Source: a virus. Taken from it: 64,000 nucleotides of DNA. The notes beneath the pieces are model-generated. The model did no database searches, was not told the origin of the DNA, and was given only the letters and a program-made list of their open reading frames with translations. Each line of letters begins with the position of its first letter. Positions within the stretch are counted from its first letter, which is position 1. Positions 39,166 through 49,527 of the stretch are shown piece by piece. A program made the translations under genes and the position numbers. The DNA is taken from the IMG/VR virus record IMGVR_UViG_3300035698_007036, positions 55,537 to 119,536 of that record. One strand, 5' to 3'.

Positions 39166-41133
39166 ATGACTGATTACATCAAACCACCGTATAGCAACCT
39201 CCCTTTTACCTTTGGAACTGGGGGATATACGGCCCCAGACTTCAATGATGTTGATTTTCAGTTTAAAGCACGTGCTATAGTGTCTACTTATGCAGATATG
39301 GGAGCCTCTATTGTAGGTGTTAGAGACTACCTTAAAGATTGTCCTACGTATGTGGTAGGTTATGGCAAATACGGTGTACAGGTTATACAAGGTAAGTGTA
39401 TATATGGCGGAGTAAGAGATCTAGGGGCTTACATAACAGGTATTAAGCATAGAGGCCAATCCGATTTAGGGTCAATGATTATAGGTCTCAGCTCAATAGT
39501 CCATACCAATGCGGGCATTTTGGCCAGCATCTACGGTTGGAACGCATCTGATTTACCGTCTTATATCTTCCCCAAAATTAGAGAAATTAGTAATTTGTCA
39601 GGTTATATAGGGGCTCATGACCCTGTAGATCTTGGGGCTGTTATATCTGTATTACAATCGGGCAATTTATTAGCATCAATTTATCCTATTGCTGGAGGAG
39701 ATCTGAATGCTTACCTAAAAGTCTATCCACAAAGGGATTTTCCGGCCAGTATCTATGGTTGGGAGGAGCGGGATTTAACTGCTTCCATTAATTCTATGAT
39801 AGCCTATGATTTAGGAGCTACTATAGGTGGACATGATCCTAGAAATTTAACTGCGTGGATAAAGGGTTGGGTTAGAGAAGCCACACACGATCTTGGTGCT
39901 CATATTTTAGGTTATACCTATGGAGGTCTTGGTGCCTCTATTAGATCTACTTACCTGGCCGATTTGGGAGCCCTACTTAATCCAGTATTACCTAGAGACT
40001 TGACAGCCAATCTACATGGTTGGCAGTTATATGGTTTGAGTGGGTCAATAAACGGCATCACGCTTGATACAGATTTGTCTGCATCAATCAATGCTACTGG
40101 TGGCTTTAGTAATCTTAATTCCTATATTAGATGTATGTACGGGTCCAATATAAAAAATGACCTGTCAGCCAGTATTTCGTCTTGGTATACACAGAATTTA
40201 GGGGCCAGATTGAATACTATATTTCCTGGCAATTTAGGGGCGTATATTAATCCAGCTGGAGGGAGTAGCCATATTTCCGCATCTATTTACCCTAAGATGA
40301 TAAAATTAACTACTATAATTTCCTTTGTAACTATGGAACATAGTGATATGTCCGCCACCATTAATATTTGTATGGGGTCAGAGTCTAAAAATATGCCTGC
40401 TTATCTACGAGCGTTAGCTAAGGGAGATCTAGGTGCCACTATAGTAGGTCTTTGGGATTTGAATGATATTAGCAATCTAGGAGCATCAGTAGGACGAGAT
40501 AATAGATATTTTGTACTTGACAAACTCCAAATCAGTACTTATATTAGTTCTAGTGTGTATTCACAGAAGGATAAACTACCTTTAAATATATACATAAGTA
40601 AGCGTAGTGTAGGTATGGGGGCGTACATTAACGGTGTTTTAACAACTAAGGATTTATCTGCTCAAGTTCTAGGAGTCCCCCCAGAATCTTACGGTTTTTC
40701 TGGAGACAAAAACAGAGAATTTATTTACTACAAGAATTATATGGGAGAGCATTTAAGGTTTGAAACAGCAGAAATCTCTTTTAGATCTATAGTTAAGGAT
40801 TATTTTTACGTAAGTAACTCAGGCAGAGCTTATAAAACTGATAGACTGGATAGATGGGTGACAGATGTAAAATCTTACATCCCAAGAAATGTACGTTTGA
40901 ATATAAAGAGACGTTTTCATAGAATGCTAACTATACACGACATAACAAACTTTTCAAGTGTGGATCAGGCAATAAAATTTGCTATAGAATTTGTAACAGA
41001 CTACCCCGAGGTGGATATGGGGGCATATATAAATGTTACTGGACGTTACGAAGGGATGGGTGCTAGTATAACGCCTATATATACAAGATCTGAGATAAAT
41101 AATCTAACCTCTGATATAGTAGGAGAGACATAA
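39166..41133 (+). CDS. Repeat protein with ~33 copies of a ~12-aa [DN]-L-x-A-x-I motif
   Basis: DMGASIVG, DLGAYITG, DLGAVISV, DLTASINS, DLGATIGG, DLSASINA and others; last gene of the structural block. Confidence 0.8.
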   Translation: MTDYIKPPYSNLPFTFGTGGYTAPDFNDVDFQFKARAIVSTYADMGASIVGVRDYLKDCPTYVVGYGKYGVQVIQGKCIYGGVRDLGAYITGIKHRGQSDLGSMIIGLSSIVHTNAGILASIYGWNASDLPSYIFPKIREISNLSGYIGAHDPVDLGAVISVLQSGNLLASIYPIAGGDLNAYLKVYPQRDFPASIYGWEERDLTASINSMIAYDLGATIGGHDPRNLTAWIKGWVREATHDLGAHILGYTYGGLGASIRSTYLADLGALLNPVLPRDLTANLHGWQLYGLSGSINGITLDTDLSASINATGGFSNLNSYIRCMYGSNIKNDLSASISSWYTQNLGARLNTIFPGNLGAYINPAGGSSHISASIYPKMIKLTTIISFVTMEHSDMSATINICMGSESKNMPAYLRALAKGDLGATIVGLWDLNDISNLGASVGRDNRYFVLDKLQISTYISSSVYSQKDKLPLNIYISKRSVGMGAYINGVLTTKDLSAQVLGVPPESYGFSGDKNREFIYYKNYMGEHLRFETAEISFRSIVKDYFYVSNSGRAYKTDRLDRWVTDVKSYIPRNVRLNIKRRFHRMLTIHDITNFSSVDQAIKFAIEFVTDYPEVDMGAYINVTGRYEGMGASITPIYTRSEINNLTSDIVGET

Positions 41134-41220
41134 AAATTTCACGTAATTGAAAATTTTATTTAATAAAACTCATTTCTGTACTATATAGTGATTGAAGGGC
41201 TAATTTGAAAGGAGAATTTA
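41134..41220. promoter_or_regulatory. AT-rich module boundary with palindromes; probable promoter region of the replication module
   Basis: Longest clear intergenic gap in the window; TTTTATT-T-AATAAAA (41154-41168), ACTATATAGT (41180-41189), imperfect AAAATTTCA/TGAAAATTTT; -10-like TACTAT at 41179; AAGGAG RBS. Confidence 0.45.
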
Positions 41221-42360
41221 ATGAAATTTAGTATTGACGCTGTAGAGCTGCAGCGTGTCCTGCATCTGTTGCAGGTTCCCGCTGTGGTGAATTCAAAAGA
41301 TGCAAGTGGTAGGGTTTTAATTAAGGCAGATGCCGATGGTACCTGCCTATTTTTATGTAGCAACAACGAAAAAAAGATATATCTCGTTGTACATACAGGG
41401 AAGACCATGGTTGATGAACCAGGAGAAACCTCTATAGTGTACGGAGAGCTTAAGTCTTTTGTTACTCCTATTCGTCCATGGGACGGGGAGATTGGTGCGA
41501 AAGATTTTTGTTTTTCGGAGACCGACAATGACTTGATAGTCACTACAGAAAATGTCCATGAGAATGGGAAGAAAACAAAAGCCAGATTGAAGTTAAGTAA
41601 GTATAACATCCACGATATTAGACAACCAAAGCCCTTCAAAACACCAACCTTTACACTAACTTCAGACATGTACAAAAAAGCTCTAAATAGAATATCTTAC
41701 GCCATAGCTTCTGATGAAACTAAAGAAAATATCAGAGGAGCCAACGTCATATTTGAGGAGGACTACATCTATTTCGCTGGGACTAATGGTGTTAAAGTGG
41801 CTGAACAAGCTCTAAAGAATACCAGTGGCCTAAAAGACACGAATATAAGGTTAAATTACGAGTTTATTCAAGGCCTAAAGAGAATTGTCGGCTCAGGTCA
41901 GAGGCTTGATTTTGAGGTTGATGGTAGAGATATCAGGGTTTGTTTTGATGGTGTAGTTTTCGGTTCAAGTCTTATAATTGGTAGGGAATATGCTAATTAT
42001 AGGAGTTTATTTGACAAATTTACTGATTCTATCGTCCTTGATAAGGACATTTTACTGGAGAACGTACGACCTATAATCGACCTACTTAATATGGAAGATG
42101 GTTATAGGACTACACTATCGTTCGATGGTAAGGAGATGGTAATTTCCTGTGATATGGCTGAATTTGTTTATGGCGGTGATGTAAAATGTGATAGAAAGAT
42201 AAGCATAGATTTTAATGGTAGGCTTTTCTTTGACACAATAAATGCCATCAGTGACGATAAGATAATGTTTAAATTTGCGGAAGGGTCGGACAGTATGATC
42301 TTTGATTCTGACAGTTTTGAGGATCAAAAATCTATCTTGACGGTACTTCGTAGGCGGTAA
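41221..42360 (+). CDS. dnaN: DNA polymerase III beta sliding clamp (divergent)
   Basis: 379 aa; MKFSID start; RISYAIASDETKENIRG...GTNG; LIIGREYANYRSL; IDFNGRLFFDTINAISDDKI. Confidence 0.85.
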   Translation: MKFSIDAVELQRVLHLLQVPAVVNSKDASGRVLIKADADGTCLFLCSNNEKKIYLVVHTGKTMVDEPGETSIVYGELKSFVTPIRPWDGEIGAKDFCFSETDNDLIVTTENVHENGKKTKARLKLSKYNIHDIRQPKPFKTPTFTLTSDMYKKALNRISYAIASDETKENIRGANVIFEEDYIYFAGTNGVKVAEQALKNTSGLKDTNIRLNYEFIQGLKRIVGSGQRLDFEVDGRDIRVCFDGVVFGSSLIIGREYANYRSLFDKFTDSIVLDKDILLENVRPIIDLLNMEDGYRTTLSFDGKEMVISCDMAEFVYGGDVKCDRKISIDFNGRLFFDTINAISDDKIMFKFAEGSDSMIFDSDSFEDQKSILTVLRRR

Positions 42361-42361
42361 T

Positions 42362-42964
42362 ATGAAAAAACTTTTAAAAAAACTTCGTACAGCTGCTGTT
42401 AAAGCTGAGGCTGGAAACCTCTTTGGTGACGAGTCAGCCGATTTAAAAGAAGCTTGTATAGAGTATCTAAAAGAAGCAGGTTTTAAGGTCATAGAGCCGT
42501 TTGACTACACTTATAAGCAGGTAAATAGCATAGACAATTTGATAAAGTTGTTCTATAACCTGTATAAAATGCATCATCCTACTGATGCCAATGCTCATAG
42601 GTCTGGGCCTACTATTGATAGGAAAATAGCAAAGCGATTTGTAGAATCGCGTATGGAAACTGGCGGGTTAAGTAAAGAGTCTGCTCTACTTGAGTGTGCT
42701 GAGCTAATAGGAACAATATTTGAATTCGAAGATCGATTTGGATTTGAAACCTCTCTAACTTTCAGCATGCTTGGTCAAGATAAACTTGGTTGGATTACAG
42801 AAAAGGCAGTATTACTTCTTAATGCCAGAAAAAAATTAAGAAGAAAGCAACAACATAAAGAGCTACAAGGAAGATTAGGGGTTATGTATGATGAAGAGAG
42901 TGATGAAAGTATAGGTTACTCTAATCTTGATGAAATCCTTGTGCGAGTAAAACGACATCCTTAA
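42362..42964 (+). CDS. Hypothetical helical protein
   Basis: ORF between dnaN and recA; no motif recognised. Confidence 0.7.
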   Translation: MKKLLKKLRTAAVKAEAGNLFGDESADLKEACIEYLKEAGFKVIEPFDYTYKQVNSIDNLIKLFYNLYKMHHPTDANAHRSGPTIDRKIAKRFVESRMETGGLSKESALLECAELIGTIFEFEDRFGFETSLTFSMLGQDKLGWITEKAVLLLNARKKLRRKQQHKELQGRLGVMYDEESDESIGYSNLDEILVRVKRHP

Positions 42965-42978
42965 GGAGGTAAAGATTA

Positions 42979-44043
42979 ATGGCAAAGATTAAAAGAGCAG
43001 TTGTTACAAAAGATACAGACAGTCTTTCTATCGCCAAGAAGGCTATCCAGAAAAAATATGGTAGCGTGTTGTCTAAGCTAGGCGACCACAGGGATTTAAA
43101 GATACAAACTATCTCTTCCGGATCTATTGGATTAGACATTGCTTTGGGGAGAGGCGGTTTCGCCCTCGGTAGAATCTATGAGATTTATGGCCCACCATCT
43201 GGAGGTAAAACTACCCTATCTATGAGTGTCATAGCAGAAGCACAACGTAGAGGCCTGAAATGTCTATTTTGTGACGCAGAACACAGTGCTGACCCAACAT
43301 TGTTTGAAGCTATGGGTGTAGACATTGCAGAGCTTGATACTGTTAAGGCTTACAGTGGTGACGAGAATTTAAATGCTATTGAAATGCTTATAAAAACTGG
43401 AGAATATTCAGTAGCGGTAGTGGATAGTGTTAGTGCCCTTATTCCTAAGCAGGAAGCTGAAGCTGACGTTGGAGACCAGTTCATGGGTCTACTTGCCCGT
43501 CTTATGAGCGGGGCTTGTAGAAAATTTGCTCAAATTTGCAGTGAGACAAACACACTTCTTATTTTCATTAACCAAATTAGAAATAAGATAGGAGGATGGG
43601 GGGATCCCACTACCACTACAGGTGGTTTAGCTTTAGATTTCTATGCCACAGGGCGTATTAAGGTTGTCGGAGGCGAGTTTGCTAAAAGTCATATTAAAGA
43701 TCCAAGCGGTGAGGTTATTGGGCATAGAACAGATTTCACTATAAGGAAGAATAAACTTGCTCCTCCATTTAGAAAAGCACAAATTCCGCTAATCTACGGT
43801 GTTGGGTATGACAATTACTGCGAGGTTACCAGCTTGGCTGAGGGTCTTGGTATTCTAGAGAAATTTGGTGCTTGGTATAGGTACGAGGGCGAGAAGATTG
43901 GTCAGGGAGCAGATAACGCTATCCAGTTTTTGAGAGAAAATGAGGAGATTTACACCAAAGTAAGGGCAGCTATCATTGAACAGACTGGACTAAAGGAGCT
44001 TTATGAGCAGCAAGCAAGCGGACCAAGTATTCAAGATACTTAA
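42979..44043 (+). CDS. recA: Recombinase RecA
   Basis: ISSGSIGLDIALG, EIYGPPSGGKTT, DAEH, VVDSVSALIPKQE, ARLMS, IFINQIR, GGLALDFYA, KNKLAPPF, GAWY. Confidence 0.97.
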   Translation: MAKIKRAVVTKDTDSLSIAKKAIQKKYGSVLSKLGDHRDLKIQTISSGSIGLDIALGRGGFALGRIYEIYGPPSGGKTTLSMSVIAEAQRRGLKCLFCDAEHSADPTLFEAMGVDIAELDTVKAYSGDENLNAIEMLIKTGEYSVAVVDSVSALIPKQEAEADVGDQFMGLLARLMSGACRKFAQICSETNTLLIFINQIRNKIGGWGDPTTTTGGLALDFYATGRIKVVGGEFAKSHIKDPSGEVIGHRTDFTIRKNKLAPPFRKAQIPLIYGVGYDNYCEVTSLAEGLGILEKFGAWYRYEGEKIGQGADNAIQFLRENEEIYTKVRAAIIEQTGLKELYEQQASGPSIQDT

Positions 44044-44362
44044 GAGTGCTTTTCCTAATAATGTTGTGTTGAAAGAACATTACGTTAAGTATAAGTACAC
44101 TCGTCTATTCTTCGACTTCTATATAAAGGATCTTGGCGTCCTTATAGAAGTCCAAGGCAGACAGCACACCGAGTATGTTGACCATTTTCATGGTAACAAG
44201 GAGGCTTTTAGATCACAAAAGCGAAGAGACAACCTTAAAATTCAGTATGTGGAGGAGCAAGATAGTCTTACCCTCATCAGATTCAATTATGATGAAAAGG
44301 TAAGCAAGACAATGGTTTTAGCAAAAATTTGTAAGGGTATAGAGGGGAGTTTTTATGAGTAA
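44003..44362 (+). CDS. DUF559/Vsr-like PD-(D/E)XK endonuclease
   Basis: LFFDFYI...LIEVQGRQH...QKRRDNLK...LIRFNYDE. Confidence 0.8.
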   Translation: MSSKQADQVFKILKSAFPNNVVLKEHYVKYKYTRLFFDFYIKDLGVLIEVQGRQHTEYVDHFHGNKEAFRSQKRRDNLKIQYVEEQDSLTLIRFNYDEKVSKTMVLAKICKGIEGSFYE

Positions 44363-44666
44363 TATTATTGTTCCAGGCAGTAAATTAAATCAGACCGCTG
44401 ATACTAAGAAATATAAGAAAGATTGTGCTGATTTCGAGTGCCTACCCGATGGTACCATTACAGGTGAGTATAAGTACTGTAAATGGAGCCTTGAATGTCA
44501 GCAAATAGATTATGATGGGGATGGTAATGTCATACCCATGGCAGTTCATTTATTGGCCATAGCAGACCCAGAAACTGATGCGATTATAGAGCATCAGTTG
44601 TTTTGTACTGGATTTCATGACCATCGGCCTAGAAAAGAGCGTTTAGAAGACGATAAAGTATCATAG
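44355..44666 (+). CDS. Hypothetical protein with Cys/His cluster
   Basis: GAGGGGAG RBS; overlaps the upstream gene. Confidence 0.65.
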   Translation: MSNIIVPGSKLNQTADTKKYKKDCADFECLPDGTITGEYKYCKWSLECQQIDYDGDGNVIPMAVHLLAIADPETDAIIEHQLFCTGFHDHRPRKERLEDDKVS

Positions 44667-44679
44667 GGGGACTTGACAA

Positions 44680-45138
44680 ATGGATAAAGGTGTCTTATAT
44701 TTTCAGGAGGTCAGACCGGATTTAGATTTAATGAACGAAATTTTTCAATACGATTCAAGAACTTTACCACAAACCAGCTCTGAAACCATCAGTCAGTATT
44801 GCATAGCTCTTAGCCAGTTTGTAGTCTATTTAGAAAGTGAAATGAATAAAACTAAATCTGAAATAAACATGAAGAAACGATTTGTTGACTCGACAGTCAA
44901 TATGGTTATATCATCGGATTTAATAAAGCAACATAAAACTAAAGCTGCGGCTACCGAGTACATAATAAGCAATTCAACAGGTTGTATTAGTGCCCGTGAG
45001 GAGGTAGGTTTGTTGAATGATGAACTAATACTTGTAGAGGGACAGGACAAAAATCTTTTAGAGCTTGTAAATGCTTTCAAACGAGAACTTACACGCAGGG
45101 ATAATGAGTTATATGCCACAAAATCGGAGAGACGTTAA
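44680..45138 (+). CDS. Coiled-coil protein, possibly UvsY-like recombination mediator
   Basis: Size, helical pattern and position between recA and dnaB; the family assignment is weak. Confidence 0.4.
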   Translation: MDKGVLYFQEVRPDLDLMNEIFQYDSRTLPQTSSETISQYCIALSQFVVYLESEMNKTKSEINMKKRFVDSTVNMVISSDLIKQHKTKAAATEYIISNSTGCISAREEVGLLNDELILVEGQDKNLLELVNAFKRELTRRDNELYATKSERR

Positions 45139-46562
45139 TGGATAGATCAACTGTTGCGGACACTTTCCGTAAACCGATAGCAGAAAGGGCTATATTGGCG
45201 TTTGCTATGGCAGAAGCCGACTACTATTATGATCTATCTTCCAAGATGGTTTTAGAGGACTTTCTAGACCCTGAAAATAGGGTAATCTTCTCCATTATGG
45301 CTTCTTTAGTGAGGAAAGGTTATGAGAAATTTGACATGACTGCTATCGCTAACGAAGCACAGTCTAATGGAGCTCTTGAGGCTTGTGGCGGCTACAAATA
45401 CCTTAATTCTTTGGGTATGATTGAGAAGAACTTTGGTAATTACGCCACTTATCTTAAGGAAGTACTCAATGCGAGTACCAAATTTAAATTACATGCGTCT
45501 CTTGTTAGTAGTCTTACCGATCTAGAAACAAAACCTGACATGTCCGCAGACGATTCTATAGGGCAAGTCGAGAATAGGATCATTGATCTCTCTACAAGAA
45601 GTAAGGCTATCGATGAACCGATAAATATTGCTGATGAGATAGGTAGTTACATTCGGCATATGAAAGATAATCCTGTCGAAATGACAGGAATTCCATCAGG
45701 TTATACTATCTTGGATAAACAGATAGATGGCCTTGAGCCTGGAACGCTTTTTCTCATTGCTGCCCGCAAAAAGATGGGTAAGAGTGCTTTTCTAACCAAT
45801 GTAGCCTGTCATTTAGCCTACGAAGCTCCCGAAAAATATAGATGTCCTGTATTATATGTTGATACTGAACTTCCATATAACCAGTGGAAGACTCGTGTCC
45901 TGGCTAATATTAGTGGTGTTAAAGAGCGTGTCATAAAGCATGGCAATTATTCACCTGAACAATATGAAAGACTGCAAAAAGCAGAAGAGTTAATAAATTG
46001 TGGCAAACTATTTCACCATTATATGCCTGGATTTAGCGTAGATAAGCTTGTGGCTCTATATAAAAAGTATAAGATAAAGGAAGATATTGGCCTGATAGTG
46101 TTTGACTACATTAAGGAGCCAGGTTCCAGAGAAAATGAGAGAAAAGAGCATCAAATACTTGGTGAGGTTACCACTAAACTCAAGGATCTAGCTGGTCAGA
46201 TGGCTATTCCAGCCATTGGTGCTGTTCAGTTGAGTAGGGCAAATGATGTAGCTGATAGTGATAAGATCTCACGTTATGCTGACGTTGTAGCCTTCTGGCA
46301 AGAAAGAGACCCTGAAGAAATAGAGAAAGCTGGCTATGCCGCTGGTAATTTTAAGCTTGTAATAAGGGATTCAAGACGTGGTGGAAGAACAAGTGATGAG
46401 GGAATAGCTTACAAATTTTACAAACAACGCTTGGCCATTAGAGAAGTAAGTCCTGACATGCAAACGGTTCCATACGACTTTGAGGGCGTTATAAATGCCG
46501 GGGACGCAGAGTACGAAAATGATACAACGGACACAGCATATGAAGACATCCAACTCCGATAA
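45138..46562 (+). CDS. dnaB: Replicative DNA helicase DnaB
   Basis: AERAILA...EDF N-domain; GIPSGYTILD; IAARKKMGKS Walker A; IVFDYI; LKDLA...AVQLSR. Confidence 0.93.
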   Translation: MDRSTVADTFRKPIAERAILAFAMAEADYYYDLSSKMVLEDFLDPENRVIFSIMASLVRKGYEKFDMTAIANEAQSNGALEACGGYKYLNSLGMIEKNFGNYATYLKEVLNASTKFKLHASLVSSLTDLETKPDMSADDSIGQVENRIIDLSTRSKAIDEPINIADEIGSYIRHMKDNPVEMTGIPSGYTILDKQIDGLEPGTLFLIAARKKMGKSAFLTNVACHLAYEAPEKYRCPVLYVDTELPYNQWKTRVLANISGVKERVIKHGNYSPEQYERLQKAEELINCGKLFHHYMPGFSVDKLVALYKKYKIKEDIGLIVFDYIKEPGSRENERKEHQILGEVTTKLKDLAGQMAIPAIGAVQLSRANDVADSDKISRYADVVAFWQERDPEEIEKAGYAAGNFKLVIRDSRRGGRTSDEGIAYKFYKQRLAIREVSPDMQTVPYDFEGVINAGDAEYENDTTDTAYEDIQLR

Positions 46563-47583
46563 TAAAGATTGGCAGAAGCTATTGGATGATCTCCAGTACC
46601 TTAAACAGTCAGTAGACCCACGGTATTTATTAGAGGGTTTAGGCTTTAAGATAGTACATGAGAGCAAAAAAGAGCTACGTGGTTCCTGTGCTGTCCATGG
46701 TGGTGACAACAAGACTTCGTTTAGATTCAATAAAACTACAAGGTCCTGGATCTGTTTTAGCCATGCCTGTCATGAGAAGATGGGATCGGATATTGTAGGC
46801 TTAATTAGAGCAAAAACAGACAAAACCTTCATAGAAGCGGTCGATTACTTGCGAGAGTTAGTGGGTGATGTTAGTTCCAGTAATGTAACCGAGTTCAAGC
46901 GGCGACGAGAGCGTGAAGCTTTTATGGATGCCTATTCTGATGTCGAACCCTCTATAGATGAGCGTGTTTCAGAGTCAAAATTGAAGATATTTATGGCATA
47001 TCAGTCTGATTACTTCATTGATAAAGGGTACACAAGAGAGATCTTGAACACGTTTGAGATCGGTGGTGGCTTTACAGATAGTTATGACTTGGTTAGGGAG
47101 GTTATCCCTATTAGAAGCGTGGATGGGGTACTTTTAGCCTATTCTTTACGTGATAAGAGGGGCCATGCTGCAGAGGAGTACAAGTATATATTTACTGAGG
47201 GTTTTAACAAAGACAACGTGTTATATAGCTTACACAGATCTTGTAAACATCTTAAGAATGGGCCTTTAATACTTGTCGAAGGCTATAAAAGTGTATGGAG
47301 ACTATGGCAATACGGTATAAGAAACGTGGCCGCAGTAATGGGCTCCTCAATCACCTCAGGTCAAGAGTCATTAGTACATTCTTATGCTATGAATGGCGTA
47401 GTAATTATGTTTGATAATGATATAGCTGGTGTGGCCGGGGCGGTAAAGAGTTGTAAAGAGCTCAGCAAGAAAGTAAATGTAGAAGTAATATTCATGACTG
47501 AAGTTGATGAGAATGGTAAGGGGCTAGATCCATCAGATTTGTCTTACGAACAAGCTCATGAGTACTTAAAAAATTATATATAG
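46540..47583 (+). CDS. dnaG: DNA primase DnaG-like
   Basis: CAVHGGDNKTSF...CFSHAC zinc finger; LVEGYKSV; MFDNDIAG Toprim; DPSD. Confidence 0.92.
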   Translation: MKTSNSDNKDWQKLLDDLQYLKQSVDPRYLLEGLGFKIVHESKKELRGSCAVHGGDNKTSFRFNKTTRSWICFSHACHEKMGSDIVGLIRAKTDKTFIEAVDYLRELVGDVSSSNVTEFKRRREREAFMDAYSDVEPSIDERVSESKLKIFMAYQSDYFIDKGYTREILNTFEIGGGFTDSYDLVREVIPIRSVDGVLLAYSLRDKRGHAAEEYKYIFTEGFNKDNVLYSLHRSCKHLKNGPLILVEGYKSVWRLWQYGIRNVAAVMGSSITSGQESLVHSYAMNGVVIMFDNDIAGVAGAVKSCKELSKKVNVEVIFMTEVDENGKGLDPSDLSYEQAHEYLKNYI

Positions 47584-47594
47584 GAGAATAGGCA

Positions 47595-47918
47595 ATGGAC
47601 GGTGAAAATTTTGTAAGACTTAAGGGCACAATTAAGTGGCCTGAAGTTAAAGAAGTGGGGCAGAACAATACCCCTCTATTTAAGGGTAAATTGGCAATCC
47701 CAATTGCTGGACAGGTTGGTAAGAGTCAGTGGCTTAAGATTGCTGCTTGGAATTCTGTAGCAGAAGGCCTTGGAGCATTACCAGAAGGTACCCCTATTAA
47801 GGTACATGGCCATATCGAGGAAAGAACCTTTGATGGTAAGTGCAAGCATTGTAACGGTTATGATAAGAAGTTTTGGACCGAAGTAGTTATAGATAATTTT
47901 GTTGTCGAGGAGGATTAA
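47595..47918 (+). CDS. ssb: Single-stranded DNA-binding protein with CxxC insertion
   Basis: NFVRLKG...QWLKIAAWNSVAE...GTPIKVHGHIEERTF...TEVV OB-fold pattern. Confidence 0.85.
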   Translation: MDGENFVRLKGTIKWPEVKEVGQNNTPLFKGKLAIPIAGQVGKSQWLKIAAWNSVAEGLGALPEGTPIKVHGHIEERTFDGKCKHCNGYDKKFWTEVVIDNFVVEED

Positions 47919-47919
47919 T

Positions 47920-48294
47920 ATGCCTAATAAGTCTAATTTTACACCAGAATCACCTGAAGAGGTAGGAATTCAGCACGGAACACCTTCACTAGCTATGTTA
48001 CCAATGGCTAATTTTAAATTCTCTTTAGATGAGAGTCTTCATCATATTACGGTACCTAGAAGAGGTTCCTACAAAGATCTTGATCCTGAGTTTTTCAGTG
48101 AAGAGGACGGGGAATTTTGTTTGTATGACAAGAAAAGTAACATCATGTGGCTCCCATCTATACAGAAGGTTCTTGTGGCCACTAAACAATACCCGGATAT
48201 GGAACCTAATCAGATGTTTGTTCTTCTATCTTTACAGTTTAGTAAAGATGAGGTGGAGATAGTGGGCCAGGTTATAGAAATGTTAATGCCTTAA
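47920..48294 (+). CDS. Hypothetical protein
   Basis: GAGGAGG before ATG 47920. Confidence 0.65.
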   Translation: MPNKSNFTPESPEEVGIQHGTPSLAMLPMANFKFSLDESLHHITVPRRGSYKDLDPEFFSEEDGEFCLYDKKSNIMWLPSIQKVLVATKQYPDMEPNQMFVLLSLQFSKDEVEIVGQVIEMLMP

Positions 48295-48305
48295 GGAGAT
48301 TTAAT

Positions 48306-48749
48306 ATGAATTGTCCAAATTGCGGAAATGAAGAGCTTAAAATTATTATGATCGAGCCTATAGAGTGTACCCATTGCCACGAACTAACCTACATTGAATA
48401 TAATAGGTGCGATGAATGTAATTGTATGTTTAAAACTGTGGGAGGAAAGCTGGATGAAGATTCAGTCATGGCTGTTCCTGAGAATTTCATGCCTATAGTA
48501 GGTGATATAATGAGTCTTATACTTGACTCCACACATGAAATGATGAGTGAAGACGAGTTTAAGAGCTTGGTGGATAATATGGATGGTGGGGAAATAGATT
48601 TTAAAGAGATTAAGATAGGCCCTACTGAGAATATGACTGATATGATACACAGATGTTTAAACTGTGACGCTGTAGCCTATGAGGTAGGTAATGGTAAGTA
48701 CGAGTGCCCTGTATGTAGTTTTACCTGGGAGGTTGTAAGCTGTGGATAA
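48306..48749 (+). CDS. Multi zinc-ribbon protein
   Basis: Five CxxC pairs (CPNC, CTHC, CDEC, CLNC, CPVC); AAGGAG RBS. Confidence 0.75.
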   Translation: MNCPNCGNEELKIIMIEPIECTHCHELTYIEYNRCDECNCMFKTVGGKLDEDSVMAVPENFMPIVGDIMSLILDSTHEMMSEDEFKSLVDNMDGGEIDFKEIKIGPTENMTDMIHRCLNCDAVAYEVGNGKYECPVCSFTWEVVSCG

Positions 48750-49527
48750 GAATTTTTACGACGTATTGGGGGTAGATAAGACAGCCTCTAAAGAAGACAT
48801 AAAGAAGGCTTACAGAAGACTTGCCACCGAACATCACCCTGATAAAGGTGGTGACGCTGAGAAATTCAAAGAGCTTAGTGGTGCATACTCCGTGCTTTCC
48901 GATCCCAATAAGCGTAGAGAGTACGATAGTCCTATGTCAAGTATGGGCGACTTTCCAGGCTTTGGTGGTCAAGGAGGCCCTTTCCAGGGGTTTAACATGC
49001 ATTTTGGTCAGGGTATGAGTGCCAGGCCTCCCAAGAATAGGCCTGTAAGGGGCGGGGACCTAAAGTTTGTGCTCGAAACTCCATTAAGCCATTTTATTTT
49101 TGGTGGTGAACTATCTCTAAGCATATCTTACGAAGAGGCCTGTATCATTTGTAATGGTGACGGGTACACAGAAGCAAAAACATGCGATAGTTGTAATGGT
49201 AATGGCCAGAGAATACAGGTGAAATCAGCCCAAGGTGTGTATATACAGACTGCTATCCCATGTGAGGTATGTCATGGCCAAGGCGAGATAAGTATAGTAG
49301 ATTGTACAACTTGTTCCGGTAGTGGTAGGCATGAGATTAAAAATAGGGTATTTAAGATTCCGGTTCACTCGGGAGCTAGAGATGGAGAAGTAATATCACA
49401 GCGTGGTATAGGCAGGAAGGGTATATTCGGTGGCCTAGATGGTGATTTACACATCAAGCTGAAAATGATTTTACCAACCCCTGATTCTCTTACTAAAAAA
49501 CAGAGAGAGGTTTTGGAGGGCTTGTAA
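48742..49527 (+). CDS. dnaJ: DnaJ-type co-chaperone (shortened)
   Basis: J-domain FYDVLGV...HHPDKGG...AYSVLSD; G/F region; four CxxCxGxG; single C-terminal domain. Confidence 0.93.

Noticed and set aside
42979-47583. Inteins or introns in RecA, DnaB or DnaG
   Set aside because: Lengths are normal, and no splice-junction motifs or interruptions were seen
41221-49527. Cellular chromosome origin (dnaN, recA, dnaB, dnaG, dnaJ)
   Set aside because: The gene order is unlike bacterial chromosomes (no dnaA, gyrB, rpoD or dnaK), the proteins are divergent or shortened, and they adjoin a 41-kb virion module
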